Positions 54,458-64,000 of a stretch of 64,000 bases of DNA are shown one piece after another (position 1 is the first letter of the stretch; the number at the start of each line of letters is the position of its first letter). Under the pieces are notes generated by a model, which saw nothing but the letters and a program-made list of their open reading frames with translations, had not been told where the DNA came from and did no database searches. The translations under genes and the position numbers were made by a program. The stretch is from a virus, in IMG/VR virus record IMGVR_UViG_3300037875_000559, positions 20,199 to 84,198 of that record. The stretch is one strand, 5' to 3'.

Positions 54458-57400
54458 ATGAACATGAATACAGAAGCAATTTTACAACTTTGTGTAGATA
54501 GAGCCACAAACCTCTATCTTCTTCACGTTATGGGTATTAGACTTGAAGCAGTACAAGGGGCTAACCGACAAAAGCTTGTAGAGACAAATGACTCTAAGAT
54601 TTTTGCTCGTGTTTGTGCGAATGTACACCATCAAGGCGACGAGGGTTTTGTTCTGATGGATGACTTCTTCAGACTGTGCGAGTGTCCTACGTTTAATTTA
54701 TATGAGGATCTCGTAGGTTTGAATCAGTTGGCTTCTGAAAAAGAAAAGAAAGAGTTTATAGAGTCAAAAAACCTCTTAGCTCGTAGAAAAAAACAAATGA
54801 AGTTTCTGAAGAAACTCCACTCCACTACTAGGGCTTATTTCAATGCTTATTTTAATAAGTTTGTTGGAGGGCTGATAAAGCAAGACATCACTCAGATCCA
54901 AGGTGTGCCTTCTGACGAGTATTTCGTAGGAAAAATCCTAGAACTTGTTTCTACAGGGAGAAATAACGACGAGATTCTAAATCAGAGTTATGCCACTGAG
55001 TTTATCCAAGACCTTCCTGATCTATCAGGCCCTTTAAAAGGGGGGCTATTAAAGAAGCTGAGATTTAAAGGGAAAGCTACAATCTACGCTAAGACTTGGA
55101 AGTTTTATAATAATCGTAGGATGAGAGGCACACAATTCGTTGGTATTAAAGGTCTTAGAATGAAGGTTCTTAAAGACGCTAAGTACTTTAACAACCAGAT
55201 TAAAGTTTATGCCCATGATGAGCTTACTCGTTATGTAGACCGTAACTTCATTGGTGAAAACATGGAGCGGGAAATAACAGACGCTTCAGAGAACCAAGAG
55301 ATTTTTCGGTCTATTGTCAAGGAGACAGACTCTACCTTTAACTTGATAGAAAGCTCCAAAGAGTCCGAGAGAAGCTATAAACGTAGCAAGCGAGAAAAGT
55401 TAAAGATCGCCAAGAAAGATATTAACAGATCGACTTCGATAGAAGAGCGTAAAGAAATATTAGAAGCTCGTGAAGACTTTATAGGGAGCGTAGTGAACGC
55501 TATACAGTTTAAAGACGTTGCAAAAAGCGATTTGAAATTTATTTCACGCACTCTTCTAAGAGAGACTACATCTTCTTTGGGGGGTATAACAGAGAAGGAT
55601 AAGAATCAGCTAAAGCAAATAATAAATATGCTACAAGATGAAGAACAAATTCTCGAAGTTGTAGGAGAAAAAGAGTATCTTGATCAGATCCAAGAAATAC
55701 TAGAGAGAGTCTTAATCCAATATCCTGATTCTATTACTCTTATAACAGAGTTTATTTCTGCTTTGTCTAAAGTGACTAAAGCAACCCAAAAAGCGATGAA
55801 GAGCATTTCTGAAAACATTGAGGTTATCAATAAAGCAATAGATCAGTCTTCTGAGCAGTTTCAGCCTTCAGAGTTTGAGTCCGTCAGACGACTTTTATAT
55901 TCGAGAAGAATGAATCAAGGAGATCTTGATGTTCCAGAGATCCTAGAGCTTTCTGATTCTGATCGAAAATCTTACCTTGGTGCTTTAGCAAACGACTCCT
56001 CTAGTGACTACAGAAAAAGAGAGAAAGACGTTGAAACATATGTTTTAGCTCGTCTTGGTAATGTGGATAAACTAGACGAGTGGAGAAATCTCCATAACTC
56101 TTCAGATACTTCAAGCAAAGAGAAAGCAGATAAGATTTTTGAGGAGTTTAAAGAGAAATTGGAAATAGAATTTTCAACAAGGGCAAGAGGCAGACAACCA
56201 AAACCTCGTCAAGAAGTACAGGAGAATTCAGCTAAAGACCTCCTCGCTCCAAAAGATGAGTGGGTTAGTTCGAGAAGTAAAGACAAAGACAATAACTTCC
56301 CATATCAAACTGCATCTGTCCCTCCTCTTAAAGCTCTGAAAGACGCTATTTCTTCTGTTAGATCGGATCTCTCTACTAGAGAGATTGGAAATAAAGCGAA
56401 AGAAATACTAAAGAGCCAAGAGAAAGTGCTTCTAATTGACGGTAAGATTACAGAAAGTAGTACTAAAACCGCCATCAAAAATGTACTTGAAACAATGCTT
56501 TCTATAGAAGATCGTGGTGTTTGGTTTAAGGATAGGGATGCTCTTCTTAGAAAAGTGAAAATGGATGCTGTTAAAGAACTTTCTACACAAAGATCTCTTG
56601 AAGATTTGATTGACGAAAATTCAGAGAAAGCTCTTATTGAAGCAGGGGTAGCTACTGAGTCTAACTTTTCCAACATGGAGTTTCGTACTGTAAAAAGAAA
56701 CATCGAGCAGATGGGCGGAGAAGACAGCAAGAGAGAAGCTCTTTTAAAGGCACATGGAGAAGCGTTCAGAAATAGGGCGGTGTCTTATTCTGCTTCTGAT
56801 TTAGATCGTGAACTTCATGACTACGATCAGAAGAACAACTATGGATCTAAGAAAGAAGCTTGGTCAAAAGCTGTTTCAAACAAGGAAGAAGACGCTTTGA
56901 AAATTCTCAAAGCGATGGGTGTTACTCTTTCTAGCGATGAGTTGGATCTGTTAATCTTAGATAGTGAAGTACCTAGTCGTTCTGACACTAATCTTGCTGA
57001 AGCCCAATATGCGAAAGCGAAAAAGAAACTTATTTCTGTCTATGTGGATCTGAAAAGATTAGATGGTTCAGAAGGTGTCGATACTCTTGCCGAAGATTAT
57101 CGTGAAGAAAGAAGAGATCGGAAATATTTCTTAGAGGGTCTTAAAGATAAATATCGAAATAGCCCCGCTATGGAGTCAATAAGACAAGAGCTTTCTGAAG
57201 CGGAAGAAAAGACAAAAGCCGACACCTCAAAAGAGATTGAGAAAGCTCTTGGAGCTCTCTTAAAAGGTGGGGGAGAGTTCAATGCAAAAAGAAAAAGAAG
57301 GATTATGCAAAGCGGGGCTCTACGGAGTAAGATTTATTCAGACATAAATGAGAAGATAACAGAAGCTGACCGTAAACTTGGTGCGAAGAATGTTAAAGAC

Positions 57401-58303
57401 ATCCTTCGATCTTCTAAGATTTTAGACCTCTCTTTAGAGCAACAAGAAGAACTTCTTGATTTGTCAGAATGTTTCCCAAGTGCTCCTGCTCTAGCCGACA
57501 AGGATAAGACCATAGCAAAAATGTATCTGAAAGCAACAGACAGCGGTCTGCCTGTTTTTGCCGATCTCAGTGCTTCTGTATATCAGTCTTCAGATTTGAA
57601 GTTCCCAAATGACTTCTTTAGTGCATCCGTAGGTATGGCACTCATGAAGAATTTTAGGCTCGGTCTTAGAGCGAAATATTCTCCAAGAATGGCTGACCAT
57701 ATTGGGTTCTTTGGTGTGGATGCTACGGGGAAAATGGTAGCTCCTGACAACTCCTTCACCACTACAGAACTAGAGCCACTGTTAAATGTAAATAAGAGCG
57801 TTGACTCTGGGATAGGCTCTATACCAGAAACTTTTTTTGCAGGAGAATACGCTTCTATTTTAGAACTAATTAAGTATTCAGATGATCGAGCCACTGTGAA
57901 AGTTAAAGGGGATGTAATGACTTTCACAGATGAAGAGGGTGACAAGCACACTCATTCTATCTCAAAGATCCAATCTGAGTTGAAAGATGTTATGATTGGT
58001 CAAATGGCTTCAGATTTTGGTATTTCTTCTCAACATGCAGAAGCTATCCTTGATACGTTTCTCAATAAAAGTTTAAAAACCGATGGTGGGGTTTCTTATG
58101 GTAGAGCAACGAGAGTATATGAGTGGTTTAGGTCTGCGGTTGTAGATCTAGGTTATATTTCTTCCGTTTGGGCTTTAGAAATGGCTACAGGTAATCTTGA
58201 AGATGTTGGTCTTAATGAAGACTGTTTGGACTTCATGGATAGGGTCGCTACAGATGGAGATAAGAAAAAGACAGCTAAAAAGGTCAAGAAGGCACTTCGT
58301 TAA
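54458..58303 (+). CDS. Large (1281 aa) helical, charged hypothetical protein
   Basis: Long ORF with SD GGAG; no family recognised with confidence. Confidence 0.6.
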   Translation: MNMNTEAILQLCVDRATNLYLLHVMGIRLEAVQGANRQKLVETNDSKIFARVCANVHHQGDEGFVLMDDFFRLCECPTFNLYEDLVGLNQLASEKEKKEFIESKNLLARRKKQMKFLKKLHSTTRAYFNAYFNKFVGGLIKQDITQIQGVPSDEYFVGKILELVSTGRNNDEILNQSYATEFIQDLPDLSGPLKGGLLKKLRFKGKATIYAKTWKFYNNRRMRGTQFVGIKGLRMKVLKDAKYFNNQIKVYAHDELTRYVDRNFIGENMEREITDASENQEIFRSIVKETDSTFNLIESSKESERSYKRSKREKLKIAKKDINRSTSIEERKEILEAREDFIGSVVNAIQFKDVAKSDLKFISRTLLRETTSSLGGITEKDKNQLKQIINMLQDEEQILEVVGEKEYLDQIQEILERVLIQYPDSITLITEFISALSKVTKATQKAMKSISENIEVINKAIDQSSEQFQPSEFESVRRLLYSRRMNQGDLDVPEILELSDSDRKSYLGALANDSSSDYRKREKDVETYVLARLGNVDKLDEWRNLHNSSDTSSKEKADKIFEEFKEKLEIEFSTRARGRQPKPRQEVQENSAKDLLAPKDEWVSSRSKDKDNNFPYQTASVPPLKALKDAISSVRSDLSTREIGNKAKEILKSQEKVLLIDGKITESSTKTAIKNVLETMLSIEDRGVWFKDRDALLRKVKMDAVKELSTQRSLEDLIDENSEKALIEAGVATESNFSNMEFRTVKRNIEQMGGEDSKREALLKAHGEAFRNRAVSYSASDLDRELHDYDQKNNYGSKKEAWSKAVSNKEEDALKILKAMGVTLSSDELDLLILDSEVPSRSDTNLAEAQYAKAKKKLISVYVDLKRLDGSEGVDTLAEDYREERRDRKYFLEGLKDKYRNSPAMESIRQELSEAEEKTKADTSKEIEKALGALLKGGGEFNAKRKRRIMQSGALRSKIYSDINEKITEADRKLGAKNVKDILRSSKILDLSLEQQEELLDLSECFPSAPALADKDKTIAKMYLKATDSGLPVFADLSASVYQSSDLKFPNDFFSASVGMALMKNFRLGLRAKYSPRMADHIGFFGVDATGKMVAPDNSFTTTELEPLLNVNKSVDSGIGSIPETFFAGEYASILELIKYSDDRATVKVKGDVMTFTDEEGDKHTHSISKIQSELKDVMIGQMASDFGISSQHAEAILDTFLNKSLKTDGGVSYGRATRVYEWFRSAVVDLGYISSVWALEMATGNLEDVGLNEDCLDFMDRVATDGDKKKTAKKVKKALR

Positions 58304-58373
58304 GATTTTAATAAATAGTTTATTCACATAGACTGATGTGAGAGAATATTAACGTCAGTCTAGGAGAATAAAT

Positions 58374-59417
58374 ATGAGCAAAGATGCTCTATTAGCACAC
58401 GCTTGCCCCCACTTTATACGATATGAGAGGGCAAGTATTGTTGGAGAGAGAGAAATAATAACACGCTCTCCTATTTCTTCTAGTAATCTTCTTTTGTTAA
58501 GATTCAATGGAGAAGAAATACCAAAAGAGGGTCTACTTCTCGCCTCAGAGACGGTGTTCCCTTCTTCCGCCCCTTATCGTTTTACGAACGACACTGCAAC
58601 CCTTTCTGTAAGCTCAGATGGGGTTGAAAAAGCTATTTCTTTCCCCACTTCAAAAATCTTCACACAACAAGAAGTGGTTTTATTTTTAAACAAAAACCTA
58701 CCTTTCCCGATATTTGCAGAGCCTTACGAGTCTTCTATTAAGCTGACTAATCAAAAAAATAGTAGTGGTTTAGTGTTAAAAGGTAGCTCCCTCAAAAAGC
58801 TAGGTTACAAAACATCAAAGATTTCTATAAAAAATAAGAAGACCGTAGGTGCTTGGAACTTAGCAAAGTTGTTTGGTGGAGGCTTTAAAGTGTTTTTCAA
58901 AGAAGAAGAATACTTTAAAGGGGTCGTAGATATCTCTTATCTTACCGAAAAAAGATTTTGTCGGAGGTGCGTAAGTACTGGTGTCGAGAACGATTTCAGA
59001 TTTAACACTAAAGGCGAAATAGAGACGATCCAAGACCACAATTTGCTTTATCAGTCTTTATCCAAAATGCTTCTCACAGAAATAACTTCAAACCCATACC
59101 ACAATTGGTATGGTTCTAATGCCATGACCTTGATTGGTCGAAAAGTGAGTGCTTCTGTCGTACAGTCATTAAGAGGCTCTGTCCGTGATGCTTTGACAAC
59201 TTTTAAGAGTGTACAAGACCGACAAGCTTCAATACAGAGTATGTCTTTGAAAGAAAGACTTCGTAGAGTTGTGGGTATTGATGTTTCTACTATTGGAGAA
59301 GATGAGACTAGTTACTTAGTTTCAATAGTTGCTGAGAGTATGTCTTCAGAAGAAGTAAACATTAACATTATATTCGCAGTTCCCGGCTCGTTCTCATTAG
59401 ACGGAGATTTGACATGA
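58374..59417 (+). CDS. Baseplate wedge protein with C-terminal gp25/GpW-like domain
   Basis: LYQSLSKMLLTE..SNPYHNWYGS gp25-type motif; CRRC; precedes baseplate J. Confidence 0.7.
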   Translation: MSKDALLAHACPHFIRYERASIVGEREIITRSPISSSNLLLLRFNGEEIPKEGLLLASETVFPSSAPYRFTNDTATLSVSSDGVEKAISFPTSKIFTQQEVVLFLNKNLPFPIFAEPYESSIKLTNQKNSSGLVLKGSSLKKLGYKTSKISIKNKKTVGAWNLAKLFGGGFKVFFKEEEYFKGVVDISYLTEKRFCRRCVSTGVENDFRFNTKGEIETIQDHNLLYQSLSKMLLTEITSNPYHNWYGSNAMTLIGRKVSASVVQSLRGSVRDALTTFKSVQDRQASIQSMSLKERLRRVVGIDVSTIGEDETSYLVSIVAESMSSEEVNINIIFAVPGSFSLDGDLT

Positions 59418-62400
59418 TTAAAATAGTAAAGCCGGACGGAAATAGTGCAGAGACTCCTGTTTATTTTAGTACAGGAGTCCAAACAATTTACATTAAGGGT
59501 CTTATTTCAACCGAAATAAACCACGTTACCATAGAGTACCTGGGAAATAAATTTAGCGATCCCGATGATGTTTATGTGGGTGGAGGGGAGTTTACTTTCC
59601 CCAACCCAAACTCATTTTCTGAAGGTATTGATCTCTCAACGGGGCTGAATGTCTTTAAGGTTTCTGCTTTCAAAGATGATATTTCTTATGGTCTTTTAGA
59701 GTTGAATGTTATTTTTTCTGCTGACGTTGTAGGTTTAGTGAATCCTCCTAGTGGGATTATAGTTAGTAGGTCTAGCAACTCCGTAGAAGTTTCTTTCGAC
59801 CATCTTGATAGTGAGGTTGTATATTACAACATTTACGCTAGTGCTTTATCTGGGGGTGTGGTTAGCAACTATTTTAAGATAAACCACGAGCCACTCAGCC
59901 CTAATAAATATGGCTCAAGAGAGGAAATAGTAAACGCTCTAAAAGAAACAAGTACCGATATTAGTTTAGAAGACGAAGATCCGCTTTTTTTAGAGACAAC
60001 AAGCACTCAAAAAGACCATTCGGATGTAGTTTTGTCTTCTCAGACTCTAAATACCTTTGAAGTTGCTGAAACCGTTAAAAGGATTCGTATTTCTTCGACC
60101 TTTCAGAGTATCGCATTAAAGACAAGGGTTGCTTTTCGTCATGTTAGAAATGCTTCCCTTATTTCTACTCCTCCTACTATTTCTGTAGGTGCATTAAGTT
60201 CAGTCTCCTCAAACAAGCCTCTGTATTATGTGGTGACTTCAGTTAAAGTTATTGCAGGAGTTGAAATAGAAAGCCCTCTCTCTGTAGAAGTTTCTGGGAT
60301 GCCCATTCAAGTTACGAATACCACTTTATCTCTACCTGTTGTCGGCAGAGATCAGATGGCTACAGATATGATTCAGAGTATCTTTCTCTCACAACCAAAT
60401 ATCGCTATACAGGCAGGGTCTGTAGTCCGAGATATAATCATAGACCCCTTCTTATCTGAGATGGAGAGAGTCAGATTTCTGTTGGACTTTTGCTACAGGT
60501 CTTCCTCTTTTTCAGGTCTTTTAAGTATAGACGACCCTTTAAACGAAGGCTCTTCAATCTCTGTAGTTGAGAGTCAATATAAAACAGTTCTTACACAAGC
60601 TCTTTTTGTACAAGAGGACGAAGTTCAAGTATTCATAGATTCTGCTTTTGAGAAGTTGGCTTCTAACTTTGGTGTGAGAAGAAGTATCGGCAAACAAGCG
60701 ACAGGAGAAGTTAGTTTTTTTACAACAAATGCACCCTCCTCTTCTATTTCTATACCCGCAGGTACAGTATTATCTTCTTCTACTACAAATTTCATCACTA
60801 CACTTTCCGTTGTCCTTAATGTTGACCAGTTAAGTCAGTATTATAACCCCACCACTAAGAAATACTCTATTGTAGTACCTGTTCAAGCAAGAGATGCAGG
60901 GGTCAGTGGGAATCTCACATCGGATCAGATAACTAAAGGGTCTCCTTTTGGGCTGAAAGTGACAAACCAAGCTCCTACTTTTGGAGGGACAGATACAGAA
61001 ACCAATTCAGAATTGGCTTCGAGAGCTATTTCTGTTTTATCTTCAGTGGACATAAGTACGAAAGCAGGACTTGAAAGGGTATCTAGGGAGATCTCTGGTG
61101 TAATCAACTCGTTTGTAGTAGACAGTGAAAGCCCTTATATGCAACGAGATGACGAGCTTGGTGGGAAGGTTGACATATGGATTAGAGGTGAGAGTCTCGC
61201 TACAGTTTCTGACGTATATGCTCCAAGCTATCAATCCTACTTTGAAAGTAGATTCATCCCTGTTTCTTCGCCAAATGCTTATATCTTCAGAAATATGGAG
61301 GCGACAATAGAAACGCCTTTGTCCGAAATGATAAATAGAGGTAGCCTTGGATATGGTTTAAGGAATTTAACAACGAATCAGACATTTGACTTAACGAATG
61401 TTGTGATTTTAGATTATCGCACAATACAGTTAGATTCTTCTATTTCTCAACCGACCTATAGTGTAGCTGACAACATTATAGGCGAATGGAGATCTGGGAT
61501 AACAAATAAAATCATTTTGAAGAGACAGCCTGTAAGAGAAATAAAATCTGTTTCTTATGCAGACGGTACTGCTATTTCAGACTATTCTTTTTATGATAAT
61601 GAAGACGCTCTGCAACTAGGTCGGTCTTCTGGGTCTTCAAATTATGTGTTAATACCCAATAACACCGAAAGAAATAAGATACTGATTATAGAAGATGAAT
61701 CTCATACTATTATCGGTTTTTATCCAGAGCGACTGAACAATCTAGGTGTCGATCAGCTTTCTCTTGTAGTGACAGATGTGGCAGGTACAACGATATATAA
61801 GAGTCCATTCTTATCTCAAAGTGCAGACTACATTATTTCTAAAGATGAAAACGATAACTGTTATATACAGCGAACTTCAGACAGTGCAATTAAGGATGGG
61901 GATATTATCCATATCTCCTATGAGTACTTAGAAAATATCGTTGTAAATTATGACATAAACTTAGTTGTCAATAACACACAGACAGGTGTGGACGGGAATA
62001 AGAATATTTTTGCGGATATTGTTGTTAAAGAAGCAATAGGCTGTTCTGTAGACGTGAAAGCTACGGTGGTGTTAGATCGAGGAGTAGATAGTACATTAGT
62101 AGATTCCGAAATCCGCTATTCGTTGACCTCTTTTATTAATGAATCTTCTTTAGGCGGGTCGATCCGACATTCAGAAATAGTGACGGTTCTGAACAATGTA
62201 GATGGAGTCAACCACATTATATTGCCACTCACACAAATGTCTTTTGCTCAAGACACCTATATTCTCAGAGAAACTATTTCTTTGAGTGCAAGTGGTTTCA
62301 ATCGTGTTGCTTCTCTTTCAAACTCAAGAGTGAATGTTTATAGCATAGATTCAGAGCTTCTAAATAAAACACAAGATTTAGGTGGGTTAAGAGGTCGAGT

Positions 62401-62695
62401 TTTCATTGGGAAAGAAGAGATGGGAATCTTAGATACACTAGACAGAAACAACGCTTCTTCTTGGGGGCATAAAGTAGCTACAATTGTAAATGATGTCGGC
62501 TTGGGTATAGAAGGTGTAAAAACAAACAATCGCATACTGTTTGCCCTTAATATTGGAGAAAGCCCTTCAGACTATACTTATTATGTAGACTATAATGTCG
62601 AGGGTACAATAGAAACGGTGTCTGAGTTGAAGTTGAATGGGTTTTCATTCTTTAAAACAGGCAGCTTGGCTTTCACATATGAAGAGGTGCAATAA
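59414..62695 (+). CDS. Baseplate J-like (gp6/gp47-type) wedge protein
   Basis: GSVVRDII, KLASNFGVRR...ATGEVSF, IPAGT, VQARDAGVSGN, TFGGTDTETNSELASR, GGKVDIW. Confidence 0.85.
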   Translation: MIKIVKPDGNSAETPVYFSTGVQTIYIKGLISTEINHVTIEYLGNKFSDPDDVYVGGGEFTFPNPNSFSEGIDLSTGLNVFKVSAFKDDISYGLLELNVIFSADVVGLVNPPSGIIVSRSSNSVEVSFDHLDSEVVYYNIYASALSGGVVSNYFKINHEPLSPNKYGSREEIVNALKETSTDISLEDEDPLFLETTSTQKDHSDVVLSSQTLNTFEVAETVKRIRISSTFQSIALKTRVAFRHVRNASLISTPPTISVGALSSVSSNKPLYYVVTSVKVIAGVEIESPLSVEVSGMPIQVTNTTLSLPVVGRDQMATDMIQSIFLSQPNIAIQAGSVVRDIIIDPFLSEMERVRFLLDFCYRSSSFSGLLSIDDPLNEGSSISVVESQYKTVLTQALFVQEDEVQVFIDSAFEKLASNFGVRRSIGKQATGEVSFFTTNAPSSSISIPAGTVLSSSTTNFITTLSVVLNVDQLSQYYNPTTKKYSIVVPVQARDAGVSGNLTSDQITKGSPFGLKVTNQAPTFGGTDTETNSELASRAISVLSSVDISTKAGLERVSREISGVINSFVVDSESPYMQRDDELGGKVDIWIRGESLATVSDVYAPSYQSYFESRFIPVSSPNAYIFRNMEATIETPLSEMINRGSLGYGLRNLTTNQTFDLTNVVILDYRTIQLDSSISQPTYSVADNIIGEWRSGITNKIILKRQPVREIKSVSYADGTAISDYSFYDNEDALQLGRSSGSSNYVLIPNNTERNKILIIEDESHTIIGFYPERLNNLGVDQLSLVVTDVAGTTIYKSPFLSQSADYIISKDENDNCYIQRTSDSAIKDGDIIHISYEYLENIVVNYDINLVVNNTQTGVDGNKNIFADIVVKEAIGCSVDVKATVVLDRGVDSTLVDSEIRYSLTSFINESSLGGSIRHSEIVTVLNNVDGVNHIILPLTQMSFAQDTYILRETISLSASGFNRVASLSNSRVNVYSIDSELLNKTQDLGGLRGRVFIGKEEMGILDTLDRNNASSWGHKVATIVNDVGLGIEGVKTNNRILFALNIGESPSDYTYYVDYNVEGTIETVSELKLNGFSFFKTGSLAFTYEEVQ

Positions 62696-64000
62696 TGAAG
62701 TTTCTCAACGATCTTCGTCAAGGCAAAGATCCTCTAGGGTCTTCTTCTCAGAGTAAGACTAACTTTATAGACTATATCTCAGAGCAAGTCTCTCTCAACT
62801 TAGCTAACGCCACAGCTTCTAACTATAATTTTCAGCACTATGGCTCTAATCAAAGAATATTTTTTGAGGCAGTGGCTAAAATCATTGCAGAAGTATTTAT
62901 AGATATTTCAGATCTCCAAGACGACTCTTCTTTCTCAGACTTAAGACCTGAGTTTATTTATTCAAAACTCCTGTCTTTGATCTTTGAAGATGAGAACATC
63001 CCTAATATTTCAGACACCGTAAAATTAAAGAACCTTTGTGAAGAAATAGTACAAAGTCTTCTTTCAGGTTCTACAGAAGAAAGTATTTCCAAAGCTTTAG
63101 AGAGTACAAAGGATGGGGATCTGATAGAGCTGAGAAAAATAAGTCAGCATATTATTTCTATTTATTCTTCTACTATCAGATACACAGAAAACCCTACAGA
63201 CCAGACTACTGTCAAACATAGACACATTGTCTATGCTCAGTCTAAAGGGTTGGGGTCTACTTCTGCTCCAATCGGTAAGAGTTGGGGCGAAGGACTCCAC
63301 TACCATGAAGTAATAGATGGAGTAGTTCAACCTTATAAGGGACATACACATTCTTTGGAACTTGGTATTTCTTCAAGTTCTCTTGAAGAGCAAGAGAACC
63401 TAAGAAAAGTTCTCAAGACAACTAAACCTGCCCATCTAAAAATAGGGGAGATTTCTTCTGTTCTTGAAGAAAATATCTCTAAGCCAAGTGGGACTACTCT
63501 TAACTTTAAAAAAGAGGATGGTGTAGTTTCTGAAATAATCCCACAGAATGAAGAGAGTTTTATTTTTTCTTTGGGGAGTTCCCACCAAGAAAACATGAGA
63601 AAAGTAAGAGCAGGTACTTGGGAGAACGTACTTCTTTGTTATTATAACAATCAAAAAGTCAGAATATCTCAAGCTCTCGTGTCTGTTTTAGACAGTGTTT
63701 CTATTGGAGGAAAACGGAGAACCGTAAAGAGTATAGAAGACGTGACAGCTCCGGATGGCGTGTACGATGTAAACATAGTCAGACATAATAGGATTGGGTC
63801 TTATACCATTACAAATGGGTTTATTTCTTTAGATGAAAGAATCGGAAATAACGAGGTTCTTATAATAGAGGGACAAGCTTATTTCTCGGACAAGAGGGCA
63901 AAAAATCTTTATTACTTGAGAGCCTCAGAAATCACACTTGATTCTGCTATAGGTGTCCAAGCAGGACTGCAAGAAATAACTTTTTTAGAGTATAGCTGGA
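62695..64000 (+). CDS. Baseplate wedge protein (P2 gpI/gp7-like), 3'-truncated by window
   Basis: TAATG coupling at 62693-62697; MKFLNDLRQG...; contains LLSGST and KTTKPAH typical of gpI-type proteins; appears open to the window end. Confidence 0.65.
   Translation, partial: MKFLNDLRQGKDPLGSSSQSKTNFIDYISEQVSLNLANATASNYNFQHYGSNQRIFFEAVAKIIAEVFIDISDLQDDSSFSDLRPEFIYSKLLSLIFEDENIPNISDTVKLKNLCEEIVQSLLSGSTEESISKALESTKDGDLIELRKISQHIISIYSSTIRYTENPTDQTTVKHRHIVYAQSKGLGSTSAPIGKSWGEGLHYHEVIDGVVQPYKGHTHSLELGISSSSLEEQENLRKVLKTTKPAHLKIGEISSVLEENISKPSGTTLNFKKEDGVVSEIIPQNEESFIFSLGSSHQENMRKVRAGTWENVLLCYYNNQKVRISQALVSVLDSVSIGGKRRTVKSIEDVTAPDGVYDVNIVRHNRIGSYTITNGFISLDERIGNNEVLIIEGQAYFSDKRAKNLYYLRASEITLDSAIGVQAGLQEITFLEYSW

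Noticed and set aside
317-63672. Numerous short antisense or overlapping ORFs in the track (e.g. 693-923, 30700-31041, 46425-47048, 56305-56730, 63097-63672)
   Set aside because: They are shadows of longer motif-bearing genes on the opposite strand or frame, with no SD or recognisable motifs.
1-64000. Stop-codon reassignment, tRNA genes or structured ncRNA
   Set aside because: Conserved genes are intact in code 11 and end in TAA, TAG or TGA. Intergenic gaps are short and no cloverleaf was recognised by eye; tRNAscan/Infernal would be needed to exclude them formally.

Overview
This window is a gene-dense, AT-rich segment of a large contractile-tailed (myovirus-like, probably jumbo) phage genome read in the standard code. 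It holds a tail module (tube, two chaperones, tape measure, tube-initiator-like proteins, hub, spike; 9.3-23.5 kb) and a separate baseplate-wedge module (58.4-64 kb). A minus-strand replication block encodes family A DNA polymerase, a stand-alone primase Zn finger, DnaB-like helicase, DnaC-like loader and SNF2 helicase, with a five-gene DNA-modification cassette inside it. There is also a sigma-70-type factor and accessory enzymes (SNase, GIY-YIG, dNK, HAD, topoisomerase IB, CapA, Nudix, C39 peptidase). Two patterns go beyond routine annotation. (1) About ten unrelated proteins (GNAT paralogs, HAD, WGR, a C39/toxin-like polyprotein, charged repeat proteins, a 16-codon leader-only ORF) share a short basic amphipathic leader or linker ending in [KR]-x-[AS]. 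Many sit behind a shared TA[GAC]-N5-TTAT upstream motif. This suggests a capsid-addressed, protease-matured cargo system. (2) All five modification enzymes, from four unrelated families, end in a convergent Q/x-x-[ND/EY]-[FL]-F-(G-V/I) tail resembling a sliding-clamp-binding motif, suggesting replisome-tethered DNA modification. Family calls come from motif recognition by eye, not database searches. No rRNA, tRNA or CRISPR array was recognised.
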